Shown: positions 42,516 to 52,381 of the stretch, in pieces
Layout of the letters: each line of letters opens with the position of its first letter
Position numbering within the stretch: the stretch's first letter is position 1
Assembly: GCA_965197525.1 (NCBI GenBank)
Contig: OZ240211.1
Coordinates: 1,792,001 to 1,856,000, forward strand
Direction: 5' to 3'
Origin: Nitrosopumilus sp.
Lineage (GTDB): Archaea; Thermoproteota; Nitrososphaeria; Nitrososphaerales; Nitrosopumilaceae
Length of the DNA: 64,000 nucleotides
Position numbers and translations under genes: made by a program
The notes under the pieces: model-generated
Told to the model about the DNA's origin: nothing
What the model saw: only the letters and a program-made list of their open reading frames with translations
Database searches by the model: none

Positions 42516-42586
42516 TCTACAAACTTTTCAATTATTTACACGCGAACTTTGAAACGTCGCCATAACATGATTAGTTACTGATATTT

Positions 42587-43372
42587 TCAATCTTCTATGT
42601 TCGTTTTAATATCTGGATTAAGAGCAATTGGATCTTTTGATGAAAGAATTTTTTTCTTGTACAGAAAATTGATTCTTCTTTTAATAAATCGTTTGTTGAA
42701 TTTTAATTCTTCATATAATGATTCATAGTTATCTTTGCCATTATATATAGCAAGAATTAACTCTTCATCATAATTCCTTAGGAATTTACCATATTGGTCA
42801 AGCAAGAAATTTCTGAATTTTGAATTAGATGTCAGTTTTTTCCTGTTCTTGGGAGTGATTTTCCATAACCAGATTGTGCATGATATGGCTATCCCATAAA
42901 CTATGACCAAAAAAAGCAATAGAAGATGCATCCCAAATATTCTTGATTCAACTTCATCCTTGCTTAAATACCATGTATCTGCAGTTCTGTCTTCTTCTGA
43001 AATCAGTGCATACCCAATACTAGTGTTGTTTTTTCCAACAAACGTTAAACTGCACTCAAAACCAATGGACATTTTTGGAAAATGAATTTTTAGATAGTCA
43101 TCAGTATCGACGTCATCACTTATGGTTCCTTCAAGACAGAAACTATCGGTCAAATTCATGTTATTTTTCTTTATGAACACATCAACATTTTTTGCCTGTA
43201 TAATTCCACGATTGGAGATAGCCAATGTTTCGATATGGCGCTCATTGTTTGTAGATTCTTCAATTGGTTCTAAATATAGAGTGGTCAGATATCCAAAATG
43301 ATTCACTATAGGAAATACAACAACTGCTGAAAGTGTAATCATGATTGCCACTATATTAAGCCATTTTTCCAT
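42587..43372 (-). CDS. Two-TM membrane protein with extracellular beta domain and C-terminal wHTH-like tail
   Basis: N-terminal TM, second TM near aa 146-170, ELKFNKRFIKRRINFLYKKKIL. Confidence 0.65.
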   Translation of the reverse strand: MEKWLNIVAIMITLSAVVVFPIVNHFGYLTTLYLEPIEESTNNERHIETLAISNRGIIQAKNVDVFIKKNNMNLTDSFCLEGTISDDVDTDDYLKIHFPKMSIGFECSLTFVGKNNTSIGYALISEEDRTADTWYLSKDEVESRIFGMHLLLLFLVIVYGIAISCTIWLWKITPKNRKKLTSNSKFRNFLLDQYGKFLRNYDEELILAIYNGKDNYESLYEELKFNKRFIKRRINFLYKKKILSSKDPIALNPDIKTNIED

Positions 43373-43423
43373 TCAAATACAACCATGTGCTACATCAATT
43401 AAGATATTTCTAACGTTAATCAA

Positions 43424-43514
43424 TATGCACTCAGATCCGGTGTCTGCGTAGGCACAAAAAAAAACGTAGTGCATTATAAAATCACACCTAGAACTAGATG
43501 GATCTGAGTGCATA
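43424..43514. repeat. 15-bp perfect inverted repeat around 61 nt
   Basis: TATGCACTCAGATCC (43424-38) / GGATCTGAGTGCATA (43500-14). Confidence 0.9.
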
Positions 43515-43859
43515 CCACACGTTTATGGCAAGTACCATACCTCCTGTTGGAATCATGCCAATGGCAAATGGCGTCCAAATCACAGTAGATGCCATGGGTA
43601 CAAATACAACTGCTAGAACGACTAAACTACTATTGTTACATCAAATTTATTCATGTGTTAAACTGCGTTTGATTTTTGTGTTTTCTAAATTATTCTAACA
43701 AAATAATTGATGGCCCCTGTAGAAATATATGAAAAAATAACAAAGAGATGAAAATCTTCATTGCCGGTCTTGCCTCTTTCACTCATAAAGAAGTTGAAAA
43801 ACCCTAGTGAAAATTACACTTAATTTTAATAAAGGGTTCCAACAGGTAGATTCTAAATA

Positions 43860-44537
43860 ATGAATTCAAATATCAAAGTATTTCTCAGTCATTCTCACAT
43901 GGACAAAAAAATCGCTTCTGAACTAAAATCGAATTTATCAAGATATGGATTGTCTGTTTTTCTTGCCCATGAAGATATTGAGGCAGGTGCACATTGGCCA
44001 TCCAAGTTGTATGAAGAAATTCAAAATTCAAAAATATTTATCATGCTGCTTACTAAAAACTTTCATTCTTCACAATATACAGATCAGGAAACCGGTATTG
44101 CAATTGGTTGTAAGAAAACGATCATACCAATTTGTATAGATGGAACAATACCCTACGGGTTTGCACATACTAGACAAGCAATAACCTGTTCGTATCCATT
44201 TGAAGAATCTAAAATTGAGAATATTGCAAAAATTTGTAAAATAAAGCCTGTATCTAACAGTTTCTCAGACTTGGATAAACTACTTTCAGAATTAGCAAAT
44301 TCTGATTCATATGCTGAATCTATAAGGATCTCTTCAAAATTAAAACAATATGGTAATTTTTCAGAATCTCAAATCTTTCAACTTATTTCAGCACTTGACA
44401 ATCCTCAGGTGTCTTACTCGTATGTTACCAACACGATCATAAATGAGATCCTAGAGGAGTACATTGATAATGCTAGGCCTGCTTTGCGTAGTTTACTAGA
44501 ACAATATCATGATCCTTCACATCCTTCTCTCAACTAG
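43860..44537 (+). CDS. TIR-domain protein
   Basis: KVFLSHSHMD, AHEDIEAG, SQYTDQETGIA (catalytic Glu position intact), IPICID. Confidence 0.92.
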   Translation: MNSNIKVFLSHSHMDKKIASELKSNLSRYGLSVFLAHEDIEAGAHWPSKLYEEIQNSKIFIMLLTKNFHSSQYTDQETGIAIGCKKTIIPICIDGTIPYGFAHTRQAITCSYPFEESKIENIAKICKIKPVSNSFSDLDKLLSELANSDSYAESIRISSKLKQYGNFSESQIFQLISALDNPQVSYSYVTNTIINEILEEYIDNARPALRSLLEQYHDPSHPSLN

Positions 44538-44736
44538 GATTAAATAAACAATAATCAAATATTTTAATAGTATTATACTGTTCCAAACTAGGGACATTTG
44601 TCATTAGTGTTCAATTAGAAACATGTCACAGCTATATGTTTTCCGACTGTTAAATTAGAGACATAAAATTTGAATAGTTAGGTAATAATGGAACATATGT
44701 ACAGAAAATCCAATCCTAGTACAGTGTTTCTGTGTT

Positions 44737-45531
44737 CTACACCTTCATATTATACTTACACTTCTCAATTTGTCTATAAAGATAGCTAATAAAACTGAGT
44801 ATATCTAAAGCGTCTTGTTTGTTTATTTGGTGATCGGATTGAGGTTCATGTTCAACGGGGTTTCGTATTGCTTTCATCAAGCCCATACATAAATACATTA
44901 AGCCGTCTTGTAAATTTTGTTCTGTCATAGTTGTGTTTTTATTTAATTTTAATGAGCCATTCTGATTTAGTGCACTAGACATCAATTTACTGCCGTGTTC
45001 TGTTACTTTGGATTTTTTTGAAACACATTTTTCAAATGCTTTACAACATTCATCGACTGCATCAAAATAATGCTCTGCTTTAAATTGCGGTCTAGCATTT
45101 TTTGCTACTTGACTATGAAATTGTCGCATGTTGAACAAATTGTTATTTTTAATTGTTTTATTGGAGGTTCCTTGTTTTCTAGGAATTGCTTCTACTTTGT
45201 TTTGATTATTTATATGGAGAGAACAAGATTTCAAACACTCGTTAAATTTTTTGATAATTTTTTCTTGTCTCTTTGAGTTTCCGATATGTTCTTGAGAATC
45301 ACATATACTTTCTATAAGTACAAGAATTTTATCTGATCCTGATACATGTTGGATTTTTATAAAGATGTCATGTAGCTGGCTCCGTATTTTCCAAGATGTA
45401 ACAGAATAATCATCATCTATTTCTTTGAGAATTCTATTAATTTGGGATATTTCTCTAAACTCTTTAACGATGATCTTCGCAAATGCATACAGAGTAGGTG
45501 ATTTAAATTTCGTTATGTCGCCATTTATCAT
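44737..45531 (-). CDS. TIGR02391-family protein (HEPN-like RNase domain)
   Basis: FHSQV...HYFDAVDECCKAFE...GSKLMSSAL...IRNPVEHE (RxxxxH intact). Confidence 0.88.
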   Translation of the reverse strand: MINGDITKFKSPTLYAFAKIIVKEFREISQINRILKEIDDDYSVTSWKIRSQLHDIFIKIQHVSGSDKILVLIESICDSQEHIGNSKRQEKIIKKFNECLKSCSLHINNQNKVEAIPRKQGTSNKTIKNNNLFNMRQFHSQVAKNARPQFKAEHYFDAVDECCKAFEKCVSKKSKVTEHGSKLMSSALNQNGSLKLNKNTTMTEQNLQDGLMYLCMGLMKAIRNPVEHEPQSDHQINKQDALDILSFISYLYRQIEKCKYNMKV

Positions 45532-45569
45532 AATTTTATGTATTATTAACGCTCTAATAACCTCTTTTC

Positions 45570-46131
45570 ATCCCAGTTATAGACGGATACAACGCATACA
45601 ACATGTTTGCCACAAAACAGAGATATCGGATACATCTGTTAGGTGATGCCAAAAAATACGCCATATAGAATGATGTCAATGATCTAACTATTACCTAGGT
45701 TACGGTCCTTGTACAAACGCATCAAAAACAAGGAATCTGCCAGCTGTGCAGAATACCTTGATCTGCAAAAGATGTCACTTCAAATAGCAAATGTGTACGG
45801 TTCATCTCACAAGTTGTGTAAAAAATTGGAAAATGCAATTCCGTACACGTTCACATTTTTACTGTATCCGGGTATACCGCTACATAACAATGCAGCAGAG
45901 CTTGAGATACGCGACGCATTAGTATTGCAGAGAAACGTGCGCCATCAGTTGTCAGAACCTGGAGGTATGCGTGTCTTTTCCGTGTTGATCTCTATTGCAC
46001 GTACATGTCACAAACAAGGGTTCTTCCAGCGTGTTGCAGCGTAAAATATGGTTATGAATTCTAACTGGAATCCGTTTGAACCACCGGATCAGTGTCAGAA
46101 AAAGATTCCAGTACCAGTAGTTACTGCATAA
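45570..46131 (+). pseudogene. IS66-family transposase C-terminal remnant
   Basis: VIDGYNAY...QR fragment and PLHNNAAELEIR...GMRVFSVLISIARTCHKQG. Confidence 0.8.
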
Positions 46132-46226
46132 TGTTAAGATAATGATGTTATATGTTATCTGATACCTCAATACTGGCAATTTGCCTATCTGGGTAAACAT
46201 GGGATCTGAGTGCTTAATGGTAATAG

Positions 46227-46418
46227 GTTATCTATGTACACTCTTTTTAAAGATTTTCTAGATTTTTGTGCGTTGGCGTACAGCATCAGCTGGGAATAGT
46301 GTTTCGCCAAGAAGATGGTTGGACACATATCTATACGAGCTCTATCACTCAGTACCATTCTCCATCCATTCATTAAGGTTAATTGCAGTTAGATCCAGAG
46401 CATAAAACTATTATCTGC
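46227..46418 (-). repeat. Dispersed ~190-bp repeat B (inverted copy)
   Basis: Reverse complement of 51033-51215, about 87% identical by hand count; partial third copy 40948-40998. Confidence 0.92.
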
Positions 46419-46502
46419 TAAATGATATATTGGATTTAATTTCATATGATTTAAAGACCAGGTTAAAATCAAAAAACTTCGGATCTTTTTACCCTTTCGC
46501 CC

Positions 46503-47477
46503 TCACTCAGATTCAAGCGTGACTGATATAGGAAAGTGGTCAGAAAATCCATTCTCATCATAAGTTCTGTTTCTGGAAGGACGGCCAAACCTGCGCGGCT
46601 TGCCTCTGCGTGCCATCTCAGATGAATTCTCAATTCTCATCGAATCCAGTTTAACTGATAGTCCTGTCTTCCTGCTAGGCAATAGTCCTTTTGAGACCAT
46701 CATCTGGTCAAGAGCAGATCCTGTTCCTCCATAATAGTGGGTACCCAATCCCTTGGCCATCAGAGGCCACATCAGGTTGTAGAATTTGGGTTTTCTGGCT
46801 CTCAGTACTTGTCCCTTATTATTAGTGGCCAGTGCATGTTCCATTACAGAGCGGTTAAATGGCTCGTCATTAAAATCCCCCATTGCGATTACTGCTACGT
46901 CTTTTCCGTGTACCTCTACTATTCTCTCATGAAAATATGCCAAGGTTTCACCAGCTATGAGCCTGTAGGGCTCAGACTCAAATGTTCCGCCCATTCTTGC
47001 AGGCCAGTGATTCCCCACCAGCACCAGCAGCCTGCCACTCTTCTTTATCTTCAGATTCACCTGGAACAGGTCCCGTGTCGCATTTCTTTTTACAATAAAG
47101 TGCGAAAATTTTTCTTTCAACTGAAATAAATCCGCATCGTAGATGAACGCAGTATCGATCCCACGGTTATCCTTGCCATCATAATGTGCAATTTTGTAAT
47201 TTCTCTCAAGGGGGATTTTAGTAGCTAGTTTTTTCAACACTTCTCTACTCTCTACCTCGCAGACTCCCAAGATGTCAGGCCCTGCACCGTCGTTTATCTG
47301 TACTATTATTTTTGATAGCTGTGAGATCTTTTTATTCAGAACAGTACTGTTCCATCCCTTTAACTCCTTTCCAAGCATGCGCTTCAGCTTGTTCCCACGT
47401 GGCGCATTTTGAGAATCAAAAAGGTTCTCAACATTCCACCAGGATATACAATATTCTTTCACGCGTATCCTATACAC
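46503..47477 (-). CDS. Endonuclease/exonuclease/phosphatase (EEP) family nuclease
   Basis: WWNVENLFD, LGVCEVE, GNHWPAR, MGDFNDEP, LDQMMVS, SDHFPI. Confidence 0.93.
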   Translation of the reverse strand: MYRIRVKEYCISWWNVENLFDSQNAPRGNKLKRMLGKELKGWNSTVLNKKISQLSKIIVQINDGAGPDILGVCEVESREVLKKLATKIPLERNYKIAHYDGKDNRGIDTAFIYDADLFQLKEKFSHFIVKRNATRDLFQVNLKIKKSGRLLVLVGNHWPARMGGTFESEPYRLIAGETLAYFHERIVEVHGKDVAVIAMGDFNDEPFNRSVMEHALATNNKGQVLRARKPKFYNLMWPLMAKGLGTHYYGGTGSALDQMMVSKGLLPSRKTGLSVKLDSMRIENSSEMARRGKPRRFGRPSRNRTYDENGFSDHFPISVTLESE

Positions 47478-47533
47478 ATCATTGTTTTAAGTATTATGTT
47501 CAAATCTATCATTTATACCTAATATGCTGTAAG

Positions 47534-47785
47534 CTAGCTGTCCTTGTTTGATGCAGCTGAAAATAAAAAAGTTGCAGCAGATCCAGCAATGCCTGAAAGA
47601 ATTGCAATCAAGGCAATGTTGTCCTCTTTCATCGTTACGAGTAAATTCAGCGTATAAAATAATATGGTCGTGGCAATTATTGTCCTGATTAACCGCGTCT
47701 GTTTTATAAAAGCCCCTGCTCCTTCCCAACGGGTTCCTTTCTTTGGATCAGTATCTTTTCCTGCAACCATGGTAAGACTTTGCAA
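47534..47785 (-). CDS. Small two-TM hypothetical protein
   Basis: Two hydrophobic helices; start uncertain. Confidence 0.4.
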   Translation of the reverse strand: MQSLTMVAGKDTDPKKGTRWEGAGAFIKQTRLIRTIIATTILFYTLNLLVTMKEDNIALIAILSGIAGSAATFLFSAASNKDS

Positions 47786-47963
47786 TACAGAATAAAATAT
47801 TTCCGGATCACAAACATGTACACTGTCAATAGAACTGGGTAAAACAACATGTTTATTACCGACGCTGTTTACATGATAATTTGTTTTTGGGATATGTTAT
47901 TTGAATTGAAAAAATACTATGAATGATACCAAGATCATATGTCAAATTTCTTTTTTCAAAAAT

Positions 47964-48710
47964 TTAGATCAACTTGATTTTTTTCAAAGCCTCTGTCAAT
48001 CCTACTAACATATCTTCCATCTTCTTATGTGAGAAAGTTAGATAAGTAGCACGCATTTGTATGTTGGAGGGAATTTCAACTTTCTCTTCTGCAATAATTA
48101 TTACGGGCTTGTTAGTTGCCTGCCCAATCTCATCTATCACGTTTTGACTTGAATAAAAAACCTCTTGTCCATTTTTATCTGACTTGATGTCCTTTGTAAG
48201 TATGGCTAGTAGTGCGTTTGATTGACTAATCAAATCACTTGCTTGACTACTGGGAGACAAGTCTGCCCTTCCTGTTTCTTTAGCAGAAAGAACGGTGAAC
48301 CCTAGAGCCTTAAACAACCTACTCACTAGATCATAGAGATTATCATTCTTCTCCTGCATAGCAAAACTGATGAATATTGTAATACCTTCTAAAGAGAATG
48401 GTGGCATTCCCTCTTTGAAGGGAACAGACGTTCTCAAGGGCCCATCATCTGCACGATATCTAAACTCACATCTAATTCCTGAATTGCATTGAATAACTAC
48501 AAGTCCATTTTGTCTCCTTAGTTTGCGAATTTTTACCAGTTCAATGAGTTTAGAGCCAAAGGGTTTTACTTTGTCACGCTTAGTTTCATAAACTATACCT
48601 CCATTAGAATCAAAAAACTTTATCGAGTATTCCTGTTCGAGACTGCTTAAATTCACCAATATCATCTCGCTGTGCCCCCACTGCATGTCATAAATTCCGG
48701 TTAAATACAC
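47964..48710 (-). CDS. Beta-rich N-terminal domain fused to a TIR-like nucleotide-binding domain
   Basis: C-half IFISFA...ALLAILTKD...SQNVIDEIGQA...PVIIIAE...IPSNI. Confidence 0.75.
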   Translation of the reverse strand: MYLTGIYDMQWGHSEMILVNLSSLEQEYSIKFFDSNGGIVYETKRDKVKPFGSKLIELVKIRKLRRQNGLVVIQCNSGIRCEFRYRADDGPLRTSVPFKEGMPPFSLEGITIFISFAMQEKNDNLYDLVSRLFKALGFTVLSAKETGRADLSPSSQASDLISQSNALLAILTKDIKSDKNGQEVFYSSQNVIDEIGQATNKPVIIIAEEKVEIPSNIQMRATYLTFSHKKMEDMLVGLTEALKKIKLI

Positions 48711-48856
48711 TCCTTGACTATCTGACTATCTTATTTTAATGTTGAACAGATCTGTAAAATGCATTTCATTAAAAGTAAATTACAATATCAAATTTTGTTG
48801 CTATTTGCAATTTCTTACAAAATTGAGCATACGCTTTAATTGAATACGTTAGTAAT

Positions 48857-49378
48857 GTGAACATGAGCAAACATATACCAAACAACTACCCTGATGTGTC
48901 TGATGACATAACAGTAACTCTTGATACTATGTGTTTTATAGAAAAAGAAAAGGATGAAGATATTTCTAAATTATTTCAACTAAACCGTAACGGGTACATT
49001 ACAATATTTAAGACTGATGTTGCAGATACAGAAATGTCGGAATCCTCAAAAGAGAAAAGTAAAGACATTCCTGAAGATATGGGCGTTGGCCGTGTGTGTC
49101 ATAGCAGGATTGGTCATGCGATTGTGGGGGGAGAAGATGATTCGCTGTATCAAAACATCATGAACGTTGTTTTTCCTGAAACCAAAGGTGAGCCTCCAAA
49201 TAAAAATAAAGTTCGTGACGTTATGGCATTAACTGTTCATACTGAGAAAAAGCGAACCGTGTTTGTTACCAAGGATGGGGCAATTTGTAGGGCAAAAGAA
49301 TCATTAAAAAATCAATTTGGCATTACAGTCATGTCACCTCTTGAATGTGTTGAATACATATTGCAGAAATTCACTTAG
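48857..49378 (+). CDS. PIN-like domain protein
   Basis: VTLDTMCFI, RDVMAL, VFVTKDG acidic-residue pattern. Confidence 0.6.
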   Translation: MNMSKHIPNNYPDVSDDITVTLDTMCFIEKEKDEDISKLFQLNRNGYITIFKTDVADTEMSESSKEKSKDIPEDMGVGRVCHSRIGHAIVGGEDDSLYQNIMNVVFPETKGEPPNKNKVRDVMALTVHTEKKRTVFVTKDGAICRAKESLKNQFGITVMSPLECVEYILQKFT

Positions 49379-49631
49379 ATAACATCCAGTATGATATCTA
49401 TTACTTGAAATTACCAGTTTTAATTCGTAATTTGGCCTAAATTTTTCATCAGCTGTGTTACCACAACTGACATGGAATGAAATCTCACGGGAAAGCAAAA
49501 CTATCTCGTCAACCTACGTTTCCACCAGAAGAAAATCTCTTCTTCATCATAATTTTAGCTTACACTAGTATTTGTTGATTACTCATTTTTCTGCCAAAGA
49601 TGGATTCAAGCATTCAACATGGGCAGAGTGA

Positions 49632-51032
49632 CTAAGCACCTAACCATATGTGCTAAGCAGACAAAGAAATTCAGATGGTACAAAGCATAAACCGGCAGAC
49701 GGCAAGACATCTCGTGTAAAGAGGGTAAAAAAGACTGGAAAAACAAAGAAACAGATTACCCTCAAAAAGAGTGTAGCTGTGAAACAGAAATCCGTTATGC
49801 AAGCCAGGACTGCAACAAAACCCTCTGCTACAAGGATCAAAAAAACCAAGGTGGAGCAAAAAATATTTTTTGGGTTGGACCTGCACAAAAAATCCCTTCA
49901 GGTTGCGGCTGTAGATCCAAAAGGAAATCTTTTGATGAACAAGAGGATTGAAAACGACTTTAAGATAATCGAGCAAGAGTTTTCAGCGTTTCCAAAAAAT
50001 GCAAAATATGTATTGGAGTCATCATCCGTGTGGTATGGCGTATACCAAAAACTTGTGAGGGATCTGGATCTTGACGTGGTCATGTCAAACCCCTATCTTA
50101 CGCGCCTTATAGCAAAATCCAAAAAGAAGACCGACCGGTTTGATGCGCATGCACTAGCAGACCTGCTCAGGGGAGGTTACATCCATGAATCGTATGTCTC
50201 GCCTCCAAAAACCGTCGAGGAAAAACGGGCCATACGCTTTCGTACAAGAATGGTACGGAGCAGAACCAGTATGAAGAACATGATCCACGGCATACTGCTC
50301 CAAGAATCAATCAAGATTCCAGGACCCACATTTACATCTGCATTTAACAGGGCACTGCACGGCCTGAAGAATTGGAGGATAGATGAGTATCTGCAAGGCA
50401 TCAGATCCCTCGATGAGCGCATAGGCAGTGCCAATCTTAAGATAAACGACATGGTCAAAGACAACGAATATGCACAAATTCTCATGTCAATACCTGGAGT
50501 AGGCAAGTTTACCGCACTTTCCATCGCATCAGAGATAGATGATATCAGCAGATTCCAGAACCCTGACAAGCTAGTATCATACATTGGATTGGCTCCATCA
50601 GTGAGAAACTCTGCAGGAATAACACATCATGGAAAGATAACCCATGCCGGTAACGCGACTGTGCGATGGGTTCTCACAGAGGCTGCACTTGTACATAGGA
50701 TACATGCAAAAGAGACGACTGTCTTGACAGAGTTTTACAAACGTGTTGCAAGAAAGCGAGGAACAGCCAAGGCCATCGTTGCAACGGCGGCTAAGATGTT
50801 GCGTATTATATTTTGGATGCTAAAAAAACGAATTACCTTTGCAGAATGTCAAAGACAACGTACAGAATCATGTAGAAATGCAAAGGCAAAGCATTTGAAG
50901 AATATAAAGGATAAGAAAAGTGTAAAGAGTAAGAAAAGTGTAAAGAGTGTGAAACAACTTGCAAAAAAATGAATTGCGTATGACTGAATGTCAGGAGATT
51001 ATGGTTAGGGATTTGCGCGATGTAAAGTGTGA
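49632..51032 (+). mobile_element. IS110-family element with 10-bp sub-terminal inverted repeats
   Basis: CCTAACCATA (49639-48) / TATGGTTAGG (51000-09); GTGA at 49628-31 and 51029-32; boundaries inferred from reconstruction of the empty site. Confidence 0.7.
49650..50972 (+). CDS. IS110-family DEDD recombinase/transposase, apparently intact
   Basis: GLDLHK, VLESS, KTDRFDA; SIPGVG and GLAPSVRNSAG; Lys-rich N- and C-terminal tails; true start may be internal. Confidence 0.93.
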   Translation: MLSRQRNSDGTKHKPADGKTSRVKRVKKTGKTKKQITLKKSVAVKQKSVMQARTATKPSATRIKKTKVEQKIFFGLDLHKKSLQVAAVDPKGNLLMNKRIENDFKIIEQEFSAFPKNAKYVLESSSVWYGVYQKLVRDLDLDVVMSNPYLTRLIAKSKKKTDRFDAHALADLLRGGYIHESYVSPPKTVEEKRAIRFRTRMVRSRTSMKNMIHGILLQESIKIPGPTFTSAFNRALHGLKNWRIDEYLQGIRSLDERIGSANLKINDMVKDNEYAQILMSIPGVGKFTALSIASEIDDISRFQNPDKLVSYIGLAPSVRNSAGITHHGKITHAGNATVRWVLTEAALVHRIHAKETTVLTEFYKRVARKRGTAKAIVATAAKMLRIIFWMLKKRITFAECQRQRTESCRNAKAKHLKNIKDKKSVKSKKSVKSVKQLAKK

Positions 51033-51294
51033 GTTTTTATGCTCGGAGCCTAACTGCGATTAACTCTAATGAATGGATGAAGAATGGTGCTGAGTGATAG
51101 TGCTCGTATAGATATGTGTCCAACCATCTTCTAAGTGAAACATTATTCCTAGCCTGCGCTGTACTCCAACGCACAAAAATCCAGAAAATCTTTAAAAAGA
51201 GTGCACATAGATAACTTTACAGTCTCGAAACAAATACGACTCTATGTCCCGAATTTAACACCATGTCGAAAACTCCCAAGTTTGTAACAGTGTA
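51033..51294 (+). repeat. Repeat B (51033-51215) followed by repeat A (51226-51294)
   Basis: See copies at 46227-46418 (inverted), 40948-40998 and 40340-40406. Confidence 0.9.
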
Positions 51295-51335
51295 TTCTAG
51301 TCATAACATAGATAATACCAATACTTGAACTGAGT

Positions 51336-51803
51336 TTGTTGGAATTGATTGAATTTATTTCACTGCTTGTAGTCATCGTCACTATTCAAATATTGTTCGC
51401 CAGATATGCTGAGGACATCATACGGAATAAATCACAGAAGAAATCTACCTCGGTACAACTATGTATGAAGTTATCAGAAAAGTGGGAAAGTGACGACATG
51501 TTTACAAAAATGATTCTCAAACTGAAAAAACCCCATACTGAGTTCATAGATAAGGATGATAATGTGCACTCTGTTCTGAGTAAATTTGATAACATAGCCT
51601 TATTATGGAAAGACAAAACGATAACCGAGACACATGTACAATGGTTCTTCGGGAAGAATATAGTCCGTATTACTGCCAACAAATCCGTAATGAAAATCTT
51701 AGACAAGTATCACAACGAAGATGTTAAGAATAACTACAACCATCTCAAGAAACTGTTAAAAGAATCTAAAAGTTGGAAGATATCTCCTTATCCGTCTGAA
51801 TAA
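51336..51803 (+). CDS. Membrane-anchored DUF4760-like protein
   Basis: N-terminal TM; VLSKFDNIALLW...WFFGKNIV pattern. Confidence 0.6.
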   Translation: MLELIEFISLLVVIVTIQILFARYAEDIIRNKSQKKSTSVQLCMKLSEKWESDDMFTKMILKLKKPHTEFIDKDDNVHSVLSKFDNIALLWKDKTITETHVQWFFGKNIVRITANKSVMKILDKYHNEDVKNNYNHLKKLLKESKSWKISPYPSE

Positions 51804-52381
51804 TTGCCCTCAGATGGGTTGATACCATAACATTACCTGTTCCATCTCTACGATCCTAATGAAAAATAACAATCTATTTTGTGCGCCAAAATTTACACAA
51901 GAGTAATAAAGTACATGATTTTATATACATCCAGTATGAAACCCAGTCCAGAATTTCACTTTAAATTAATAAAACAGTATGAAAAAGTAGTATTTACTTT
52001 AAAATAAACAAACAGACTGAGATGTGGCCGATAATTTTCCTTGGAACAGATCGGTAGATGATGCAGTTGAGTTATCAAGGTTGCTGTAAAAACCGATAAC
52101 TCTGTTCAATCTTAGTCGCTTTTCACACGTCTGTTATTTCGTCTGAATCCGAAACGTAACGGGCTTGGGCGTGTCTTTTGAACCGGAGGTTGACTGTTTT
52201 TATGCTGTTTTATTTTTGTGTTGTTTTTGTTTTTGGCTCAATTCCGTATTTTTTAGACGCGCCGCACACCATCGACTCATCACTCTAACATAACACTTCA
52301 TCCCTCGAATGTACCACTACTTCAAAATCAATGAAATCCCTCGAAGTACCAGAGTGACGAAATGCAAATTATTAAAAGTCC

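Noticed and set aside
40100-52300. Classical integron cassette array
   Set aside because: Genes are in mixed orientations, there are no consistent attC core sites, and the integrase shows no recognisable IntI-specific insertion
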